Positions 22,481 to 36,400 are shown, counted from the first letter of the stretch. The stretch is 64,000 nucleotides of DNA from Eledone cirrhosa (GCA_964016885.1 OZ024759.1:4650001-4714000), one strand, 5' to 3'. Notes: a model not told the origin generated them from the sequence alone. A program made the numbers and translations.

Positions 22481-23111
22481 CTGAAAAAGAATGAAAGAAA
22501 ATTTAATGAAAGTCAATTACTATGAAATGAAATGGATCTCAGTCAGTTGAAACGATGATTGATCCAGTGGGAAAAGACAAATTGTTTTCTATATACTAAA
22601 CTTTTGAAATATCTTTTACGTTATCTCTAAATTATTCCATATTTCCAGTAGAGGCATGTGGCCTAGTGTTAAGTGTGTTGGACTTACAATCATAATGTCA
22701 TGGGTTCGATTTCTGGGGTGGGTTGTGTGTTGTGTTCTTGAGCAAAACACTTCATTTCACGTTGCTCCAGTATACTCTGCTGAAAATGAGCACCAGCAAT
22801 AGCTGTGGAGGGTGTAACCCTGCAATGGACTGATGTCCTGTCCAGGAGGAAGTCTTGTACTCACAGTCGCTTTATGCCATGAAACCAGGATAAGCATTGG
22901 CCTAATGAGCCTTCAGGCTTGAGACAGTATAGTCCTATACGAACGAGACACGGTCACCCGACCAATCTTGCCTCAATTGGGACAACTCCCGACTAACCCA
23001 TGCTAGCATGGAAGATAGACGTAAACGATGATGATGATGATGATGATATAGCAACCTCAGCCTCAACAGCGACAGCAACAACAATGGCATGATAATTAGA
23101 AATCTACTTAC

Positions 23112-23255
23112 TATAGGTTTTTACTTGGCAATCCGGTCCGGTCCATCCTTCTTCCCAGCCATATGGGCAAGCCCCAGTTTGTTGATGGCAGTCAGCATCG
23201 TTTAAACAATGGCATTGCTTGTTACAAGTATATCCATACCATTGAGATGCACAAC
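23112..23255 (-). CDS. EGF-like exon
   Basis: aacatag|GCASQWYGYTCNKQCHCLNDADCHQQTGACPYGWEEGWTGPDCQVKTY|gtaagt; 144 nt. One expected Cys is Trp. Confidence 0.88.
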
Positions 23256-24365
23256 CTATGTTAAAAGTTAGAATTTATCACACTGATGGACTACATTTCC
23301 ACAGTTCTCTCTCATCTACAGTTAATTGTTTCTACTATTTGGCACAAGGTACCAGTAATACACAGGGGTAATTGCTGAATTACCTCAGTGCATTACTGGT
23401 GCTTTATTTTATTGACCCCCCCCCCCCATAAGAATGAAAGGCAAACCTTGGCGGGTTTGAAATCAGAACGTAAAGGGCCATAACTCTATGCTGCAAAGCA
23501 TGGTGTCTGACACTCTACGGATTACTGCCAATCCAATAATAATAATTGTTTCTACTTTTGGCACAAGGCCAGCCAGCAATTACCCCCAGTGCATTACTGG
23601 TACTTTATTTTATCGACCTCCATAAGAATGAAAGGCAAAGCTAACTTCAGCAGGATTTGAACTCAGAACGTAAAGGGCCATAATTCTATGCTGCAAAACA
23701 TGGTGTCTGATGCTCTACGGATTACTGCCAGTCCAATCCAGCAATTACCCCAGTGCATTACTGGTACTTTATTTTATCGACCCCTGTAAGGATGAAAGGC
23801 AAAGTTAACCTCGGCGGGATTTGAACTCAGAACATAAAGGGCCGTAAACATGATGTCTGACACTCTACCGATTACTGCCAGTCTCACATAATTATCTCAC
23901 CTAATATTATGGTCTGAGTTCAAATCCCGTCGAGGATAACTTTGCCATTCATCCTTACGGGGGTCGATAAAATAAAGTACCAGTAATACACTGGGGTAAT
24001 TGCTGGCCTTGTGCCCCCAAAAGTAGAAACATAATATTGAATATATTAGATTTTGATATTATCTATTTTGAGAACATTATCTTAACATTAATAAGGACGG
24101 TGGGTTGGCAGTATCGGTGGAGGGTCGGACGCCATGCTTTCCAGCATAGAGTTACGGCCCTTTACGATCTGAGTAATTGCTGGCCTTGTGCCTAAAGTAG
24201 AAACAATTATCTTAACATGAATATGAACGGCTGGTTACAGCCAGTTTGAACAGAAAGAGGTGAGAGAATTCTGGCCAGATACAGTCGCTTTAAATGCTAA
24301 AGGGTTAACAGTCACAGTTTGTAGAGATTAACAACTAAAGTTTGAATGAATAAAGATCAACAGAC

Positions 24366-24515
24366 CTGATAATGATAATGTTTCGATACAGGTACCCTCT
24401 CCTTTTATAGAAATAGACCAAGCGTTTACATCCCCTGAACAGCTCAAAGGTCTGGTTGTACATATTGATGTACAAAAGGGTTCCTTATTTTTGCCAAAAA
24501 ATACTGAAACTGTCT
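24366..24515 (-). CDS. Putative upstream exon of the same gene (Cys-containing extracellular module)
   Basis: ttctcatttcag|ETVSVFFGKNKEPFCTSICTTRPLSCSGDVNAWSISIKGEGTCIETLSLS G|gtctgt; 150 nt, phase 1-1, in frame with the exon starting at 23255. Confidence 0.6.
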
Positions 24516-24648
24516 CTGAAATGAGAAGTGTAAATATATATATATATTTATATATAACGGAGGAAATGTGGTAAGGAACCAGGTGGACCATAACGCACCA
24601 AAGTACTCAATACTTAGGGTAGTAGAGTGGGTAATAGGAACGAGTAGG

Positions 24649-24744
24649 ACCCCGACGGCTGAGCTCAAGCCGTTTCGACGGCTAATTCTGGACTAAATGA
24701 ACATTTTTATCCTGGTATTTGAATAGCCGAGCTTCTAAAGGGGT
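24649..24744 (-). ncRNA. Hammerhead-like motif, U3-A8 family, copy 1 (G5 mutated)
   Basis: ACCCC-TTTAGAA-gctCGGCTA...TAGCCGtc-GAAAC-GGCT-TGAGCTC-AGCC-GTC-GGGGT. Confidence 0.65.
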
Positions 24745-26039
24745 AATTCCATATATGGTAAAAGTGATTGTCACGAGGATTGGTCAAAAGTTTGTTGTTG
24801 AGACATAATAATTCTATGATGGCAATTTGTGGAGGGAAGGGGTAGCTGAACCTGCCAGTAGGAGAAAGAGGGAGAGGAGGTGGAGGAGACCCAGTCATGC
24901 GTTGATAGTGCCGACTACAGCTGGGCATGAGGTCAAAGAGGATACTAGGGAGGGGGAGGGGGAGGAAGTCGAAACAATTAGTAAAACAATTAGTAAAACA
25001 ATATGGGGTAAATATATAGAAAAATACCGAGAGTGTTAAAAAGCAATTAAATGTAAAAAATAAAAAAAATAAACAAATCGACCTAAGTCTCTCACTGGTA
25101 CTGCTATGCTAAAGAAAGGTTTACTAGGTGGGACGGAATTATAATGAGACCCTTTTAAGAGGTATAAGTAATAAACCAAGTATATCTTACGGTGACGGGT
25201 CAACAAGTGAGGGGCCAAAATACTAAAGAAACTACCACGAAATAATAAATAAAGGTTTCTACCCCAGGCACAAGGCCAGCAACCACCCAGTGCAAAAAGT
25301 AAACTAATACGAAATAATAATTCAGAGTCCCGAAAAAGAATACTAATACTATCTCTAAGGGTGCCGCCACGATACAAAAGTTCTAGTGCAAACTACATAA
25401 AAGCTCGTACGAAGTATATGTAAAATTTGATACGGAAAATTAGTTCAGAATCCCCCCCCCCCCCAGTAGCGGTGTTGTAGTGGGAAGTGTTTTTCAATGA
25501 GCCTAAAGAAGATTTTCCCGATAGGAGTTGTCACCTCGGCGTTGTGGGGAGGATTGAACTGGTTACTGCATGTAAACACAGATTGCGTAGGACTTACCTC
25601 GCCCTAAAACCCCATAATGACCCGTGGGGTAGACTAGGGCTATAACACCCCACTTGCCGATTTTGTAATGGGTAACCCCTGCTTGCAAAGGTAGACGTAA
25701 GATCTTTTATATCTTTTTATCGCTTCCTCTATATTTCCTTCTTCTCCCCATCCCTCCCTAGTCCTTCCACCCCAGTCCTCTTTCTTTGTCGTCGTCCTTT
25801 TCATTTTCTCGCCCACCCGAGGCAGCCCCTCGGTCCTTTGTAGCTTCAGTAGCCCCACCCCCTTCCCCTATTCTATATATATATATATATATGTGTGGAA
25901 AAAATGAAACGAAATTTCATTTCTCACTCTTAGTGCGGCTGTTACTTAAATATAAAGTATGTATACATACATACATATATGTATACAGACGTACAGTAGT
26001 ATATATACATGCACACATATATATATGTACGTATGGCAC

Positions 26040-29000
26040 TCAATGACAATGTCACAGATTAAGACAAATTCACCTCCTGCTGCAAGACGAGAATACAAGG
26101 ACCCCTCTTTATTTCAGACACAGATGACCAACAAAATCCCGTCTCCCACACCCCTCCCTGCCCCTCCAACCCATCCATCCCACCCTCCCAACTTAGAGTT
26201 GGTACCATGAACGTAGGCACATTGAAAGGTCGCTCAAATGAGGTTGTAGAGATGCTTGAACGTAAAGAAGTTGATGTTTGTTGTATTCAAGAGACTAGGT
26301 GGAGAGGGGGATCTGCCAGATTCATCGTGGGTAAAAAACGATGCTATAAACTTTTCTGGGTGGGAAATGACAACGGACAGGGTAGTGTAGGAATTATGTT
26401 AGCTGAAAAATGGGTAGATAAGGTAATTGACGTAAATATAGTGAATGACAGAATAATTAAATTAAGACTAGTTCTAAATAGAATTACTGTGACAATAATA
26501 TCTGCTTATGCACCCCAATCTGGTCTCCCTGATGTTATAAAGGACAGGTTCTATGAGATGCTAATGCACACTACCTCCCAAATAACCGACAGCGACTACT
26601 TAATTATTGCTAGCGATCTAAACAGTCACGTTGGACAACATAGTGATGGCTATGATGGAATTCATGGAGGCTATGGGGTTGGAAATAGAAATGAGAAGGG
26701 TTTCAGAATCCTGGAATTCTGTGATGCAAATAGCCTAACTATATGTAACACAAACTTCAAAAAACGTGAAAACCACTTGATCACCTATAGATCAGGGGAA
26801 CACGCCAGCCAGATAGATTATATCCTTACTAGAAGACGGGACAAAATGTCTGTTGTAAACTCTAAATCCCTCCCCCGTGAAGAATGCCCCTCCCAACATC
26901 GCCTAGTAGTTAGTGACCTCATAGCCAGGAATAGACGTACTCGACGACAGAGGAGGCCTACCTTGAGGAGAAGAATATGGAAGTTGAAGGACCCCATAGC
27001 CAGTGACAAATTTAAAAGCTTATTATTTGTTGCCTTTGACAATAAGGAAGAGCAATTAGAGACGTGCAATAGAGAGGAACAGTGGCAATCCTTGAAAGTG
27101 AACCTGCTGAAAGCAACGGATGAAATCTGTGGCTGGAGCAGACCTATTGGCAGGAGGAGAGTAACTTGGTGGTGGAACAGTGAGGTGGAAGAGACAATCA
27201 AGGGCAAAAAGCAGGCTTGGAAAGAATGGCAGGATGGGGGGCGTAGAGAGCACTATCAAGTGGCCAGGAGAGAAGCTAGGAGACAAGTGTACCTTGCAAA
27301 AAGGGTAGCAGAGGATAGAAAGTTCAAGCATGTTCTGCAACGTGAGGACCAAAAACGTGAGGTGTTCAGGATTGCTAGACAATGTGTCAAGGAAAACCGT
27401 GATATTGTCGGGGAGAAGTGTGTCCGTAATGATAATGGTGTACTTGCGCTCACTGATACTGATAAGCCTGGAAGAGGCACTACGAGAGACTATTAAATGA
27501 GAAGAATAAATGGGAAAAAGATAGTCTGCCCCAAATCGATCCAATGGTGCAAGGTAAAGGTAGTATAATAAGTAAGGCAATCAAAGATATGAAGACAGGC
27601 AAGGCAGCTGGGCCTTTGGAGGTAGTTGCTGAGATGCCTTCAACATCTGGTATGGCGGGACACACTATGGTCACACGTATAGTTAACCAAGTAATACAGA
27701 ATGGAGTCATACCGAAAGACTGGCGTAGCAGCATCATCATTAACTGCTACAAGGGTAAAGGGGATGCTCTAGATAGGGGAAACTATAGAGGCATTAAGTT
27801 AGTTGACCAGGTCATGAAGATCACAGAAAGAGTAATAGCGCAACTAATCAGAGAGCGAATTGATCTAGATGAAATGCAGTTTGGGTTTGTGTCAGGTAAA
27901 AGTACCACAGACGCTCTTTTCCTTGTACAACTACAAGAGAAGTACCTAGCTAAAAGTAAACCCCTCTACTTAGCTTTTGTAGACCTGGAGAAAACTTTTG
28001 ACAGAGTCCCCCGCTCCATTATCTGGTGGGCTCTTAGAAAACTAGATGTAGATGAATGGCTGGTGAGAGCTATACAAGCTATGTATAATGAAACAGTCAG
28101 TAAGGTTAGAATTAACAATGAATATTGTGAAGAATTTAGTGTAAAAGTTGGCGTTCATCAAGGCTCTGTCCTTAGCCCCCTCTTATTTATTATTGCCCTT
28201 CAGGCTATAACAGAGGAGTTCAAGACCCGCTGCCCATGAGAACTCCTATACGCAGATGATCTAACGCTCATAGTTGAATCAATGGCTGAACTAGAGAAGA
28301 AATTCGAAACATGGAAGCATGGCCTAGAATCAAAAGGCCTTAAAGTTAACTTGTCTAAGACTAAAGTTCTAGTTTGTAGAAAGGAAAATAGGGCACAGGT
28401 GCCCTCAAGGAAATGGCTATGCTCAGTGTGTAGGAAAGGAGTAGGCAGAAATTCCATTTTATGTCCCAAATGCAAAGTATGGGTACATAAAAGATGTAGT
28501 GGGATCACAGGTAAACTATCTCAGAACGTAGACTTTATATGTGGCCAATGCTCAGGTGCAATAAGTAGCAAGTGTCCAAAGGATACTAGCTCCTTCCATT
28601 GCCCAGATGGTTCTATAGAAATAGTAGACACTTTCCGTTACCTGGGTGACAAAATCAACAGTGGTGGAGGGTGTTCTGAAAGTACAGTAGCCAGAGTCAG
28701 AACGGGATGGAAAAAGTTCAGAGAGCTTATACCGTTGTTGGCCACAAAAGGTTTCTCTCTAAAAATGAAAGGCAGATTGTATGATGCCTGTTTCTCTCTA
28801 AAAATGAAAGGCAGATTGGTATGGCCATGTGATGCGCATTAAAGACGACAGTTGTATAAAAAAAGTGCAGGGCGATCAAAATTGATGGTAGTTACGGAGT
28901 AGGTAAACCCAGAAAAACCTGGGATGATCTGATAAATTCCGACCTTACATACTTACATCTCTCTAAGACAATGTCTCTGGACCGAGATCTTTGGTGCTAT

Positions 29001-29050
29001 GCAGTAATACAGAAGACCCGCCTTGCCTATGTACAAAACGAAACCTACAG
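26040..29050 (+). mobile_element. Near full-length, disrupted RTE LINE (APE, RT and PHD-like finger)
   Basis: ORFs 26207..27496, 27544..28239 and 28282..28842, with a frameshift near 27470 and a TGA just before ELLYADD. Confidence 0.93.
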
Positions 29051-29416
29051 TCAGTAGGCACCTCTTAACCAAATATACACCCCAATCTACTACCCCTACC
29101 CTATCCTCCCACTCCCACCAACAGCATGAGAAAATGAAATCGAGTTCGTGTAGGTGTCACGGGAAAGAAAAAAAAAACACACAGTCCACGCTGTAATGTG
29201 GTCGTGTAGGTAACATGGTAAAAAGTTCCCAGTTCCACACTGTAAATGTGGTTGGTGTTAGGAAGGGCATCCAGCCGTAGAAAACCTGCCAGATAGTTCT
29301 ATATGAGTGAGACACGGTCACCCGACCAGCCTTGCCTCAACTCCCGTCTAACCCATGCTAGCGTGGAAAATGGACGTTAAACGAAGATGATGATGATATA
29401 TATAGGAAAATGTATG

Positions 29417-29512
29417 ACCTCGACAGTAGAGCTCAAGCCGTTTCGACGGCTATTTCTGGACTAAATTAGAATTTTTAGCCTGGTAAATAAATAGCCGAAC
29501 TTTTCAAGGGGT
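29417..29512 (-). ncRNA. Hammerhead-like motif, U3-A8 family, copy 2
   Basis: ACCCC-TTGAAAA-gttCGGCTATTT...AAATAGCCGtc-GAAAC-ggcttgagctctact-GTC-GAGGT. Confidence 0.65.
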
Positions 29513-29930
29513 ACTTCCTTATATGGGAAGATTGTAGCTGTCAAGAGGATTGGTCAAAAATTCCTGGTAAACACAATTAAGTCTATCATGGCAGTGGGTG
29601 GGAGGTGGGGATGGCTGAACTTGCCTGTAGAGCAAAGAGGGAGTGGGTGGAGCCGGTCAAGCGTTGAAAGTGAAATCTAAACAGCAAATTCTAAGGATTG
29701 TGTAAGAAAGTAGGCCAACTTTCATACTTTCCACCATAGCGATTAAACTGCATACCCTGCTTTCCAGGTTACCCTTTGCCACTGATATATATATATTTAT
29801 ATATTGAGTACTCTGGTGCATTATGGTCCTTCTGGTTCCTTACCACACCTCCTTTGTTATATATATACAACGGCGGCGAAGATTGGAAACCGAATCTGAG
29901 CTTTCCCACCTCTGGGACAAGCCATGGTAA

Positions 29931-32900
29931 GTTGTTTACGCTCAAGAGACTAACCCCCTGGGGGATGCTAAACACAGGTCAGAGGTGTTTAAGCCTGACA
30001 GAAAATAGGTCAGAGGATATATCCATCTTTCTGAGTTGTTTACGCTTGGCAAACTAATCCCTTGGGAGACTCTAACCAAAGTTCAGAGGATATATCTATC
30101 CTTCTAACTTCAACTCTTATAAATACAGGGGTTGTTTACGCCCCGACAGAAAAGAAGTGATATACAGACAAGACAAGTGGCCTTTACAAGCTCTCGTCAC
30201 GAAATACCAGTCCGTCACTAATTTCCTCTCCTGCCTGGCTGATCGATACAACCACATATTCCGTTACAACTGGTGACCCCGTAAAACAGACACACAACTT
30301 CTGATCATCCACTACAAACGATGTCTCTAGCACACGACGATTCATCTACGGCAGAAATGGCAGTGAGGGGGGCATTTACATTAAGAATTCCACCATTCTG
30401 GGTGCACGATCTAACACTGTGGTTCGCGCACATCCAAGCGCAGTTCGCATAATAACACACGACCCACCTGTCGCTGCACGACCTAGAAGGCTACCACCAG
30501 ACCGGCTGAAGTCCGTCAAACAAGAATTTCAGCACATGCTGGATCTCGGCATCATACGTCTGTCCTCACCCATACACTGTGTACCCAAGAAGTCGTCGAA
30601 CGACTGGCGAATCTGTGGCGACTACCGTGCACTGAACAACTGCACCGTTCCTAACTCTTATCCAGTACCTCATCTACAGGACTTCTCTAGCTCGCTGCAC
30701 GGGGCTCGCATATTTTCGAAGATCGATCTTGTCGAGCTTAACAATCAGATACCCGTTGAGCCCGCAGATATTCCAAAGACCGCAGTCACAACACCCTTTG
30801 GAATGTTCGAATTTCTGCGTATGCCTTTCGGTTTGCGAAATGCAGCGCAAACGTTCCAGCGATTCATCGATACAGTCACCAGGGGTCTACCTTTTGTATA
30901 CGCATACATTGACGACTTACTGGTGGCCAGCAGCTCCGACGAAGGACATGAGAAACACCTGGATCTCCTATTCACACGTTTGCGTGAATATGGAATTGTT
31001 ATCAACCCCAGCAAATGTGAGTTCGGAGTTGCGTCCCTTCATTTTCTGGGACACATCATTGACAAAGATGGTATTTGCCCACTTAAGGAGAAAGTCAAAT
31101 CCATCATTGATTTTCCACAACCTATATCTCTCCGCAAACTGCGAGAATTTCTTGGCCTGGTAAACTTCTACAGAAGATTTATACCCCACTGTGCAGAGAC
31201 AGCCCAACCACTCACAGATTTGCTGCGGCAGCGTACAACCAAAAACGCAAACATCAAGCTTCGCTGAGTTGAAGAAAATGTTGTCCGAGGCTACAATGCT
31301 GAGTTACCCCAAACCTGACGCCCCAATGTGTTTATTGACTGATGCATCCGATTTCGGAGTTGGAGGTGTGCTTCAACAACTCTCTGGCGATATTTGGCGA
31401 CCTGTATCTTTTTTCTCTAAGCGATTAAAACCCGCCGAAACTAAGTACAGCACATTCAGTCGTGAATTATTGGCAGCATACCTTGCTGTCAAGCATTTTC
31501 GACACATGCTAGAAGGTCGTGTGTTCTCTATATACACCGACCACAAACCACTAGTGTACGCGTTCAATGCCAAGCCTGACCGACACTCACCCAGGGAGGT
31601 CCGACATCTGGACTTCATTTCTCAGTACACTACTGATATTCGGTACATTAAGGGTGCCACCAACTCAGCAGCTGATGCCCTATCGCGCATGGAGCTTAAG
31701 GCAATCCACACCACTGCCACTATCGACCTCCAGAAGATTGCAGCGGATCAACAGAATGACGAGGAACTGCTGCAACTCCGGAAATCATCCTTGAAATTGA
31801 AGGAATGCCTGCTGCCCTCTTCTTCGGGTTATATTTGGTGTGACATCTCCACAGGCCGCGAGCGCCCATACGTGCCCCGGAAACATCGACGCGACGTTTT
31901 CTCGACACAGCATTCTCTGGCACATCCTGGCGTCTGCGCCACGCAGAAACTGATGGTTGCCCGCTTTGTGTGGCCCAACATCAACAAGGACACCCGCGAA
32001 TGGGCTAGGAACTGCATCGCGTGCCAGAAGGCGAAAATTCACCGGCACATCAAAGCCCCGATCGCTTCTTTCGCAACACCTGATGCACGGTTCCAACATG
32101 TGCATATAGACATAGTTGGACCTTTGCCTCCTTCTCAAAACTACACTCATCTTCTCACCTGTGTCGACCGATTTTCTCGCTGGCCAGAAGCTTTTCCCCT
32201 GACGGATATTACTGCGGAAACTGTTGCCAAAACGTTAGTGTTTCACTGGGTTTCGCGTTTCGGCACACCCGTGACCATCACTACGGATAGAGGACGTCAG
32301 TTCGATTCGAACCTATTTACCGAGCTGCCTCGTCTCCTCGGGTGCAAACACATCCATACAACAGCGTATCACCCTGCCGCTAACGGCATGGTAGAACGCT
32401 TACACCGCCAGCTAAAATCATCTATCAAGGCTTACGAAGACTCCACTAACTAGTTCGAATACCTCCCACTCATTCTTCTTGGTATTTGTTCCACTGTTAA
32501 AGAGGGAGTCGGACATTCTCCGGCTGAAATCGTGTATGGCACCGTACTCACTCTACCCGGACAAATGATCACTCCTGTTTCGCCACAAGAACTTCCAGAC
32601 GCTACAAAATATGTGCACCGTTTACGGTCATCAATGTCGCATCTGTCTCCTTCAGCCCCTAAACAACAGCACGTTACTTCACACATACCAAAAGACATCG
32701 ATACATGTTTTCGTTAGAAATGACGGTATTCCATCGCAACTTCGTCCACCGTATTCCGTCCGGGCCCTACAAGGTGATACAGAAATGCCCTAAGTATTTC
32801 GTCCTCGACTTGAACGGGAAGCGAAATACCGTCTCCATTGATCGTTTAAAAAAAGCGTTCATAGAACAGGAATTGCCACCAGTACCCACCGTTTCTCCAG

Positions 32901-34040
32901 ACTCACCAACAACTTTGCCCGACACAAACACGGCAAATATTGCACACCAAATCCGGAAGAACAGTCCGATGGCCCACGCCATGGGATACGTACAAGTTTA
33001 TCGGGTAAGTACAAATTATGCATCTGGTCGACATTTCGGCTAATTTGTACATTTCAACGAATCGGCCAATTTCTGTGGTCATGAACTACACACAAATCAA
33101 TTAACTCTGTGCATCACCCACATCAAAAGAACAGACAAAAGAACATTTTTCTGTTTCTATGAAATGAACAAACTTTTAATCAACAAACTTTTCGTACGAA
33201 CATTTTCAATATTATGTAACATCACAGTACATTTTCCTGAATGTAAATTTCTTTTGCTTTGCATGTTTTCTTCCATGTCTCCTGTTTGTAAATGACTTTC
33301 ATGTGTTTTTTTATTTTTACTGATTTTCTTCAACAACACACCTAGTCATACCTATCTTCATTTCACATGCACCTAGATCGTTCAATCTTAACTTGTTTAC
33401 GCTCAAGAGACTAACCCCTTGGGAGAGGCTAAACGCAGGTCAGAGGTGTTTACGCCTGACAGAAAATAGGTCAGAGGATATATCCATCTTTATGACTTGT
33501 TTACGCTTGGCAAACTAATCCTTGGGAGACTAACCAAAGTTTAGAGGATATATCTATCCTTCTAAATTCTACTCTTATAAAGACAGGGATTGTTTACGCC
33601 AAAAACAGAAAACAAGTGGGATACAGACAAGACAAGACGTTTTACAAGCTCTCGTCACGAAAAACCAGTCTATCACTTATTCTCACCTTCCTGGCTGATC
33701 GCTGACTCCTGCAATACAAATAAGTAAATATACTGATACGCCGCACACACGCATTCATAGTGAGTCCAGTATTTGTACACGTATCATTCATTTCTGTTTA
33801 CACGTATTATAATCGTATTCTGTGATATTTGAATTTACGTGGCTCGAAGAGCCACCAAATTATTGTATGAATATTTTGTGTCAATTATTTTATCATTCAA
33901 TATTCAAATTGAATATTGTTGTAATAAAATAAACTTTGTAACAACACTCCTGGTATTTTTCTTTACACCGAAACCACCATACCAACAGTTACATCCATCC
34001 ATCCACTTGTCGTTACAACCACACATAATATTCCGTTACA
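29931..34040 (+). mobile_element. Gypsy/Ty3 LTR retrotransposon, defective (gag and protease deleted, pol disrupted)
   Basis: LTR-like direct repeats at about 29931-30268 and 33393-34040 both end ATATTCCGTTACA. PBS-like TGGTGACCCCG at 30271. Domain order is RT (MPFGL, YIDD), RNase H (TDAS, YTDHKPL), integrase (HHCC, DIVGP, TDRG, GMVER). Confidence 0.92.
30419..32453 (+). pseudogene. Gypsy pol remnant (RT-RNase H-integrase), frameshift near 31260 and stop at 32451
   Basis: ORFs 30419..31267 and 31191..32453. Integrase C-terminal similarity continues to about 32870. Confidence 0.9.
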
Positions 34041-34779
34041 CCTCCGTCTATATTTCAACCACTGGAACAACCTCACACAAGAAACAGTTGTCGCACCCTC
34101 AGTCAACATTTTAATGTCAAACATCGAAATAAATGTTATGAGTGTATATAGATAGATGTATATTGTGTGTGTATATATACAGTAATCCCCCGCTATATTG
34201 CGGTTCACTTTTCGCGGTCCCGTTACATCGCGGATATTTCTTTGGAACGTATCTAATTTCCTATCGCGGTAATCCTCGCCACATCGCGGATTATTCGTTA
34301 GAACATATCTATTTTCTTATCGCGGTACGTCTGAGTAAAAAGTGTTTAAAATTTAAACTTATTAAATAAGTTTCGATGTTATTAAAGAGTATATCGTAAG
34401 GAAGGGACATCTTAAGGCTTTAATTATGAACAAATTTTTATATTTTCATTCCATTATTGTTTTACTGATTGTGTTTTGCTCTAATCTACTACAAACCCTT
34501 CATAGATTGGTCTCTCTGTAACATGGTTGTTTCTGGAACGTATCATGGCTTAGTGGTTAAAGCATTGGGCTTGCAATCTAAAGGTTGTGAGTTCGATTCT
34601 CGGACAGGGTGTTGTGTTGTGTCCTTGAGCAAGACACTTTATTTCACGTTACTCCAGTTTACTCAGCTGTAGAAATGAGTTGTGATGTCACTGGTGCCAA
34701 GCTATATCAGTCATAACCTTTCTCTTGGACATATATATAGTGTATATATACTGTACACAGTGTATATATATCTATATCA

Positions 34780-36400
34780 TCATCACTGTTTTACGTCCCT
34801 TCTTCCATAGTAGTATGGGTTAGACAGGTTGTCCTGTTGTGGGCAGTGCCAGATAGGGTGACCTTGTCTTGCTCAGATGGGAACCGATTTAGGCTTGATT
34901 TCCACAGCTGGATGCCCTTCCTAACACCAACCTCACAGTGAGTGATGGGTGTTTTTTTGTTGTGACACCTCCACGGCCACTTTACAGTGGGAGGGGGTGG
35001 GGCATATTGTCTATGTGCTTCAGCTTGTACCCAGGGGCTACAACACAACCTCCTCTGCTGCACACAGCATTTGATTCCTCTTATGTTCAGTCTCTCTCTC
35101 AATTTGTTAATGCTTTACCGTTCGCGTATATTACTATTACACGTCCATCGGAGCATGCAAGCTTCGTTTCTTTCTAATCTACGCAAGTCTTCTACAGACA
35201 GTGCCCAGGTCTCACTACCATGTAGCATTGCTGTTCGTATGCACGTATCATACTGTCTGCCTTTCATTTTGAGGGAAAAGCCTTTTGCAGCTAGCAGTGG
35301 CAGTAGCTCCCTAAACTTCTTCAATCCTGTTACTGTACTTTCAGAACACCCACCTCCGCTGCTCCTTTCGCCACCTAGGTAGCAAAAGCTGTCTACTGTT
35401 TCTACAGATCTCTCCCAGAGTTTGGTGGTGCTTGTTTCTTTAGTTCTGCCATAGATTCAGCTATAAGTGTAAGATCATCCGCATATAGGAGTTCCTATGG
35501 GCATCAGGTCTTAAACTCCTCTGTTATAGCCTGCAATACTATTATAAACAGAAGAAGGTTAAGAACAGAGCCCTGGTGGACACCGACCTGTATGCTAGAT
35601 TCCTCGCTATAGTAATTGTTAACTCTAACTTTGCTGACTGCTCCCCTATACATGGCTTGTACAGCTTTCACAAGCCACTAATCTACTCTTAGTTTTCTAA
35701 GAGCCCACCAGATTATAGCACGGAGCACTCTGTTGAAGAATTTTTCCATATCGACAAGAGCCAGGTAGAGCGGCTTGCTTTTAGCTAGGTACTTTACCTG
35801 TAACTGCCTCACAAGGAAGAGAGCATCAGTGGTGCTTTTTCCTGGCACAAGCCCAAACTGCATCTCACCTAGTTTTACCCACTCCCTGATCAACTGTGCT
35901 ATGACTCTTTCGATTACTTTCATGACCTGGTCCATCAGCTTTATATCTCTATAGTTTATTCTATCTAGTGCATCTACTTTACCCTTGTAGCAGTTGACGA
36001 TGATGCTGCTGCACCAATCCTTTGGTATGACACCCTCTAGTATTACCTGGTTAACAATATGTGTGGTTATTACTTTATCTACCCATTTGTCAGCTAATAG
36101 TATACCTACACCACCCATCCCATTGTCATTTCCCACCCAGAAAAATTTATAGCACTAACTTTTGCCTACAAGGACTCTAGCGAACTCTCCTCTCCACCTA
36201 GTCTCTTGCACACAGCATACGTCAATATCCTTTCACTCTAGCATGTCTATAATTTCTCCTTCCCTTCCTTTCATTGTGCTTATGTTGATGCTGCCAACTC
36301 AGAGTTTTGAACATTTGCCATCATTTGTGGGAAAAGGTGAATTTTTGCAGGGGAGTGTGTATGCTTCCTGTCTCTGAATTAAAGCTTTGCATGGGTGCTT
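34780..36400 (-). mobile_element. Internally deleted, degenerate RTE LINE plus an RTE-type tail
   Basis: ORFs 35678..36136 and 35115..35324 match the APE, RT and C-terminal blocks of the other RTE copies. Confidence 0.85.

Noticed and set aside
1774-24515. Assigning MEGF10, SCARF or a PTPR gene symbol
   Set aside because: Only extracellular modules are visible and the gene's ends are unresolved, so orthology cannot be supported.
24750-25860. Penelope RT/GIY-YIG coding remnant upstream of the hammerhead
   Set aside because: The position is suggestive, but no diagnostic motif was recognisable by eye. A tBLASTn search is needed.
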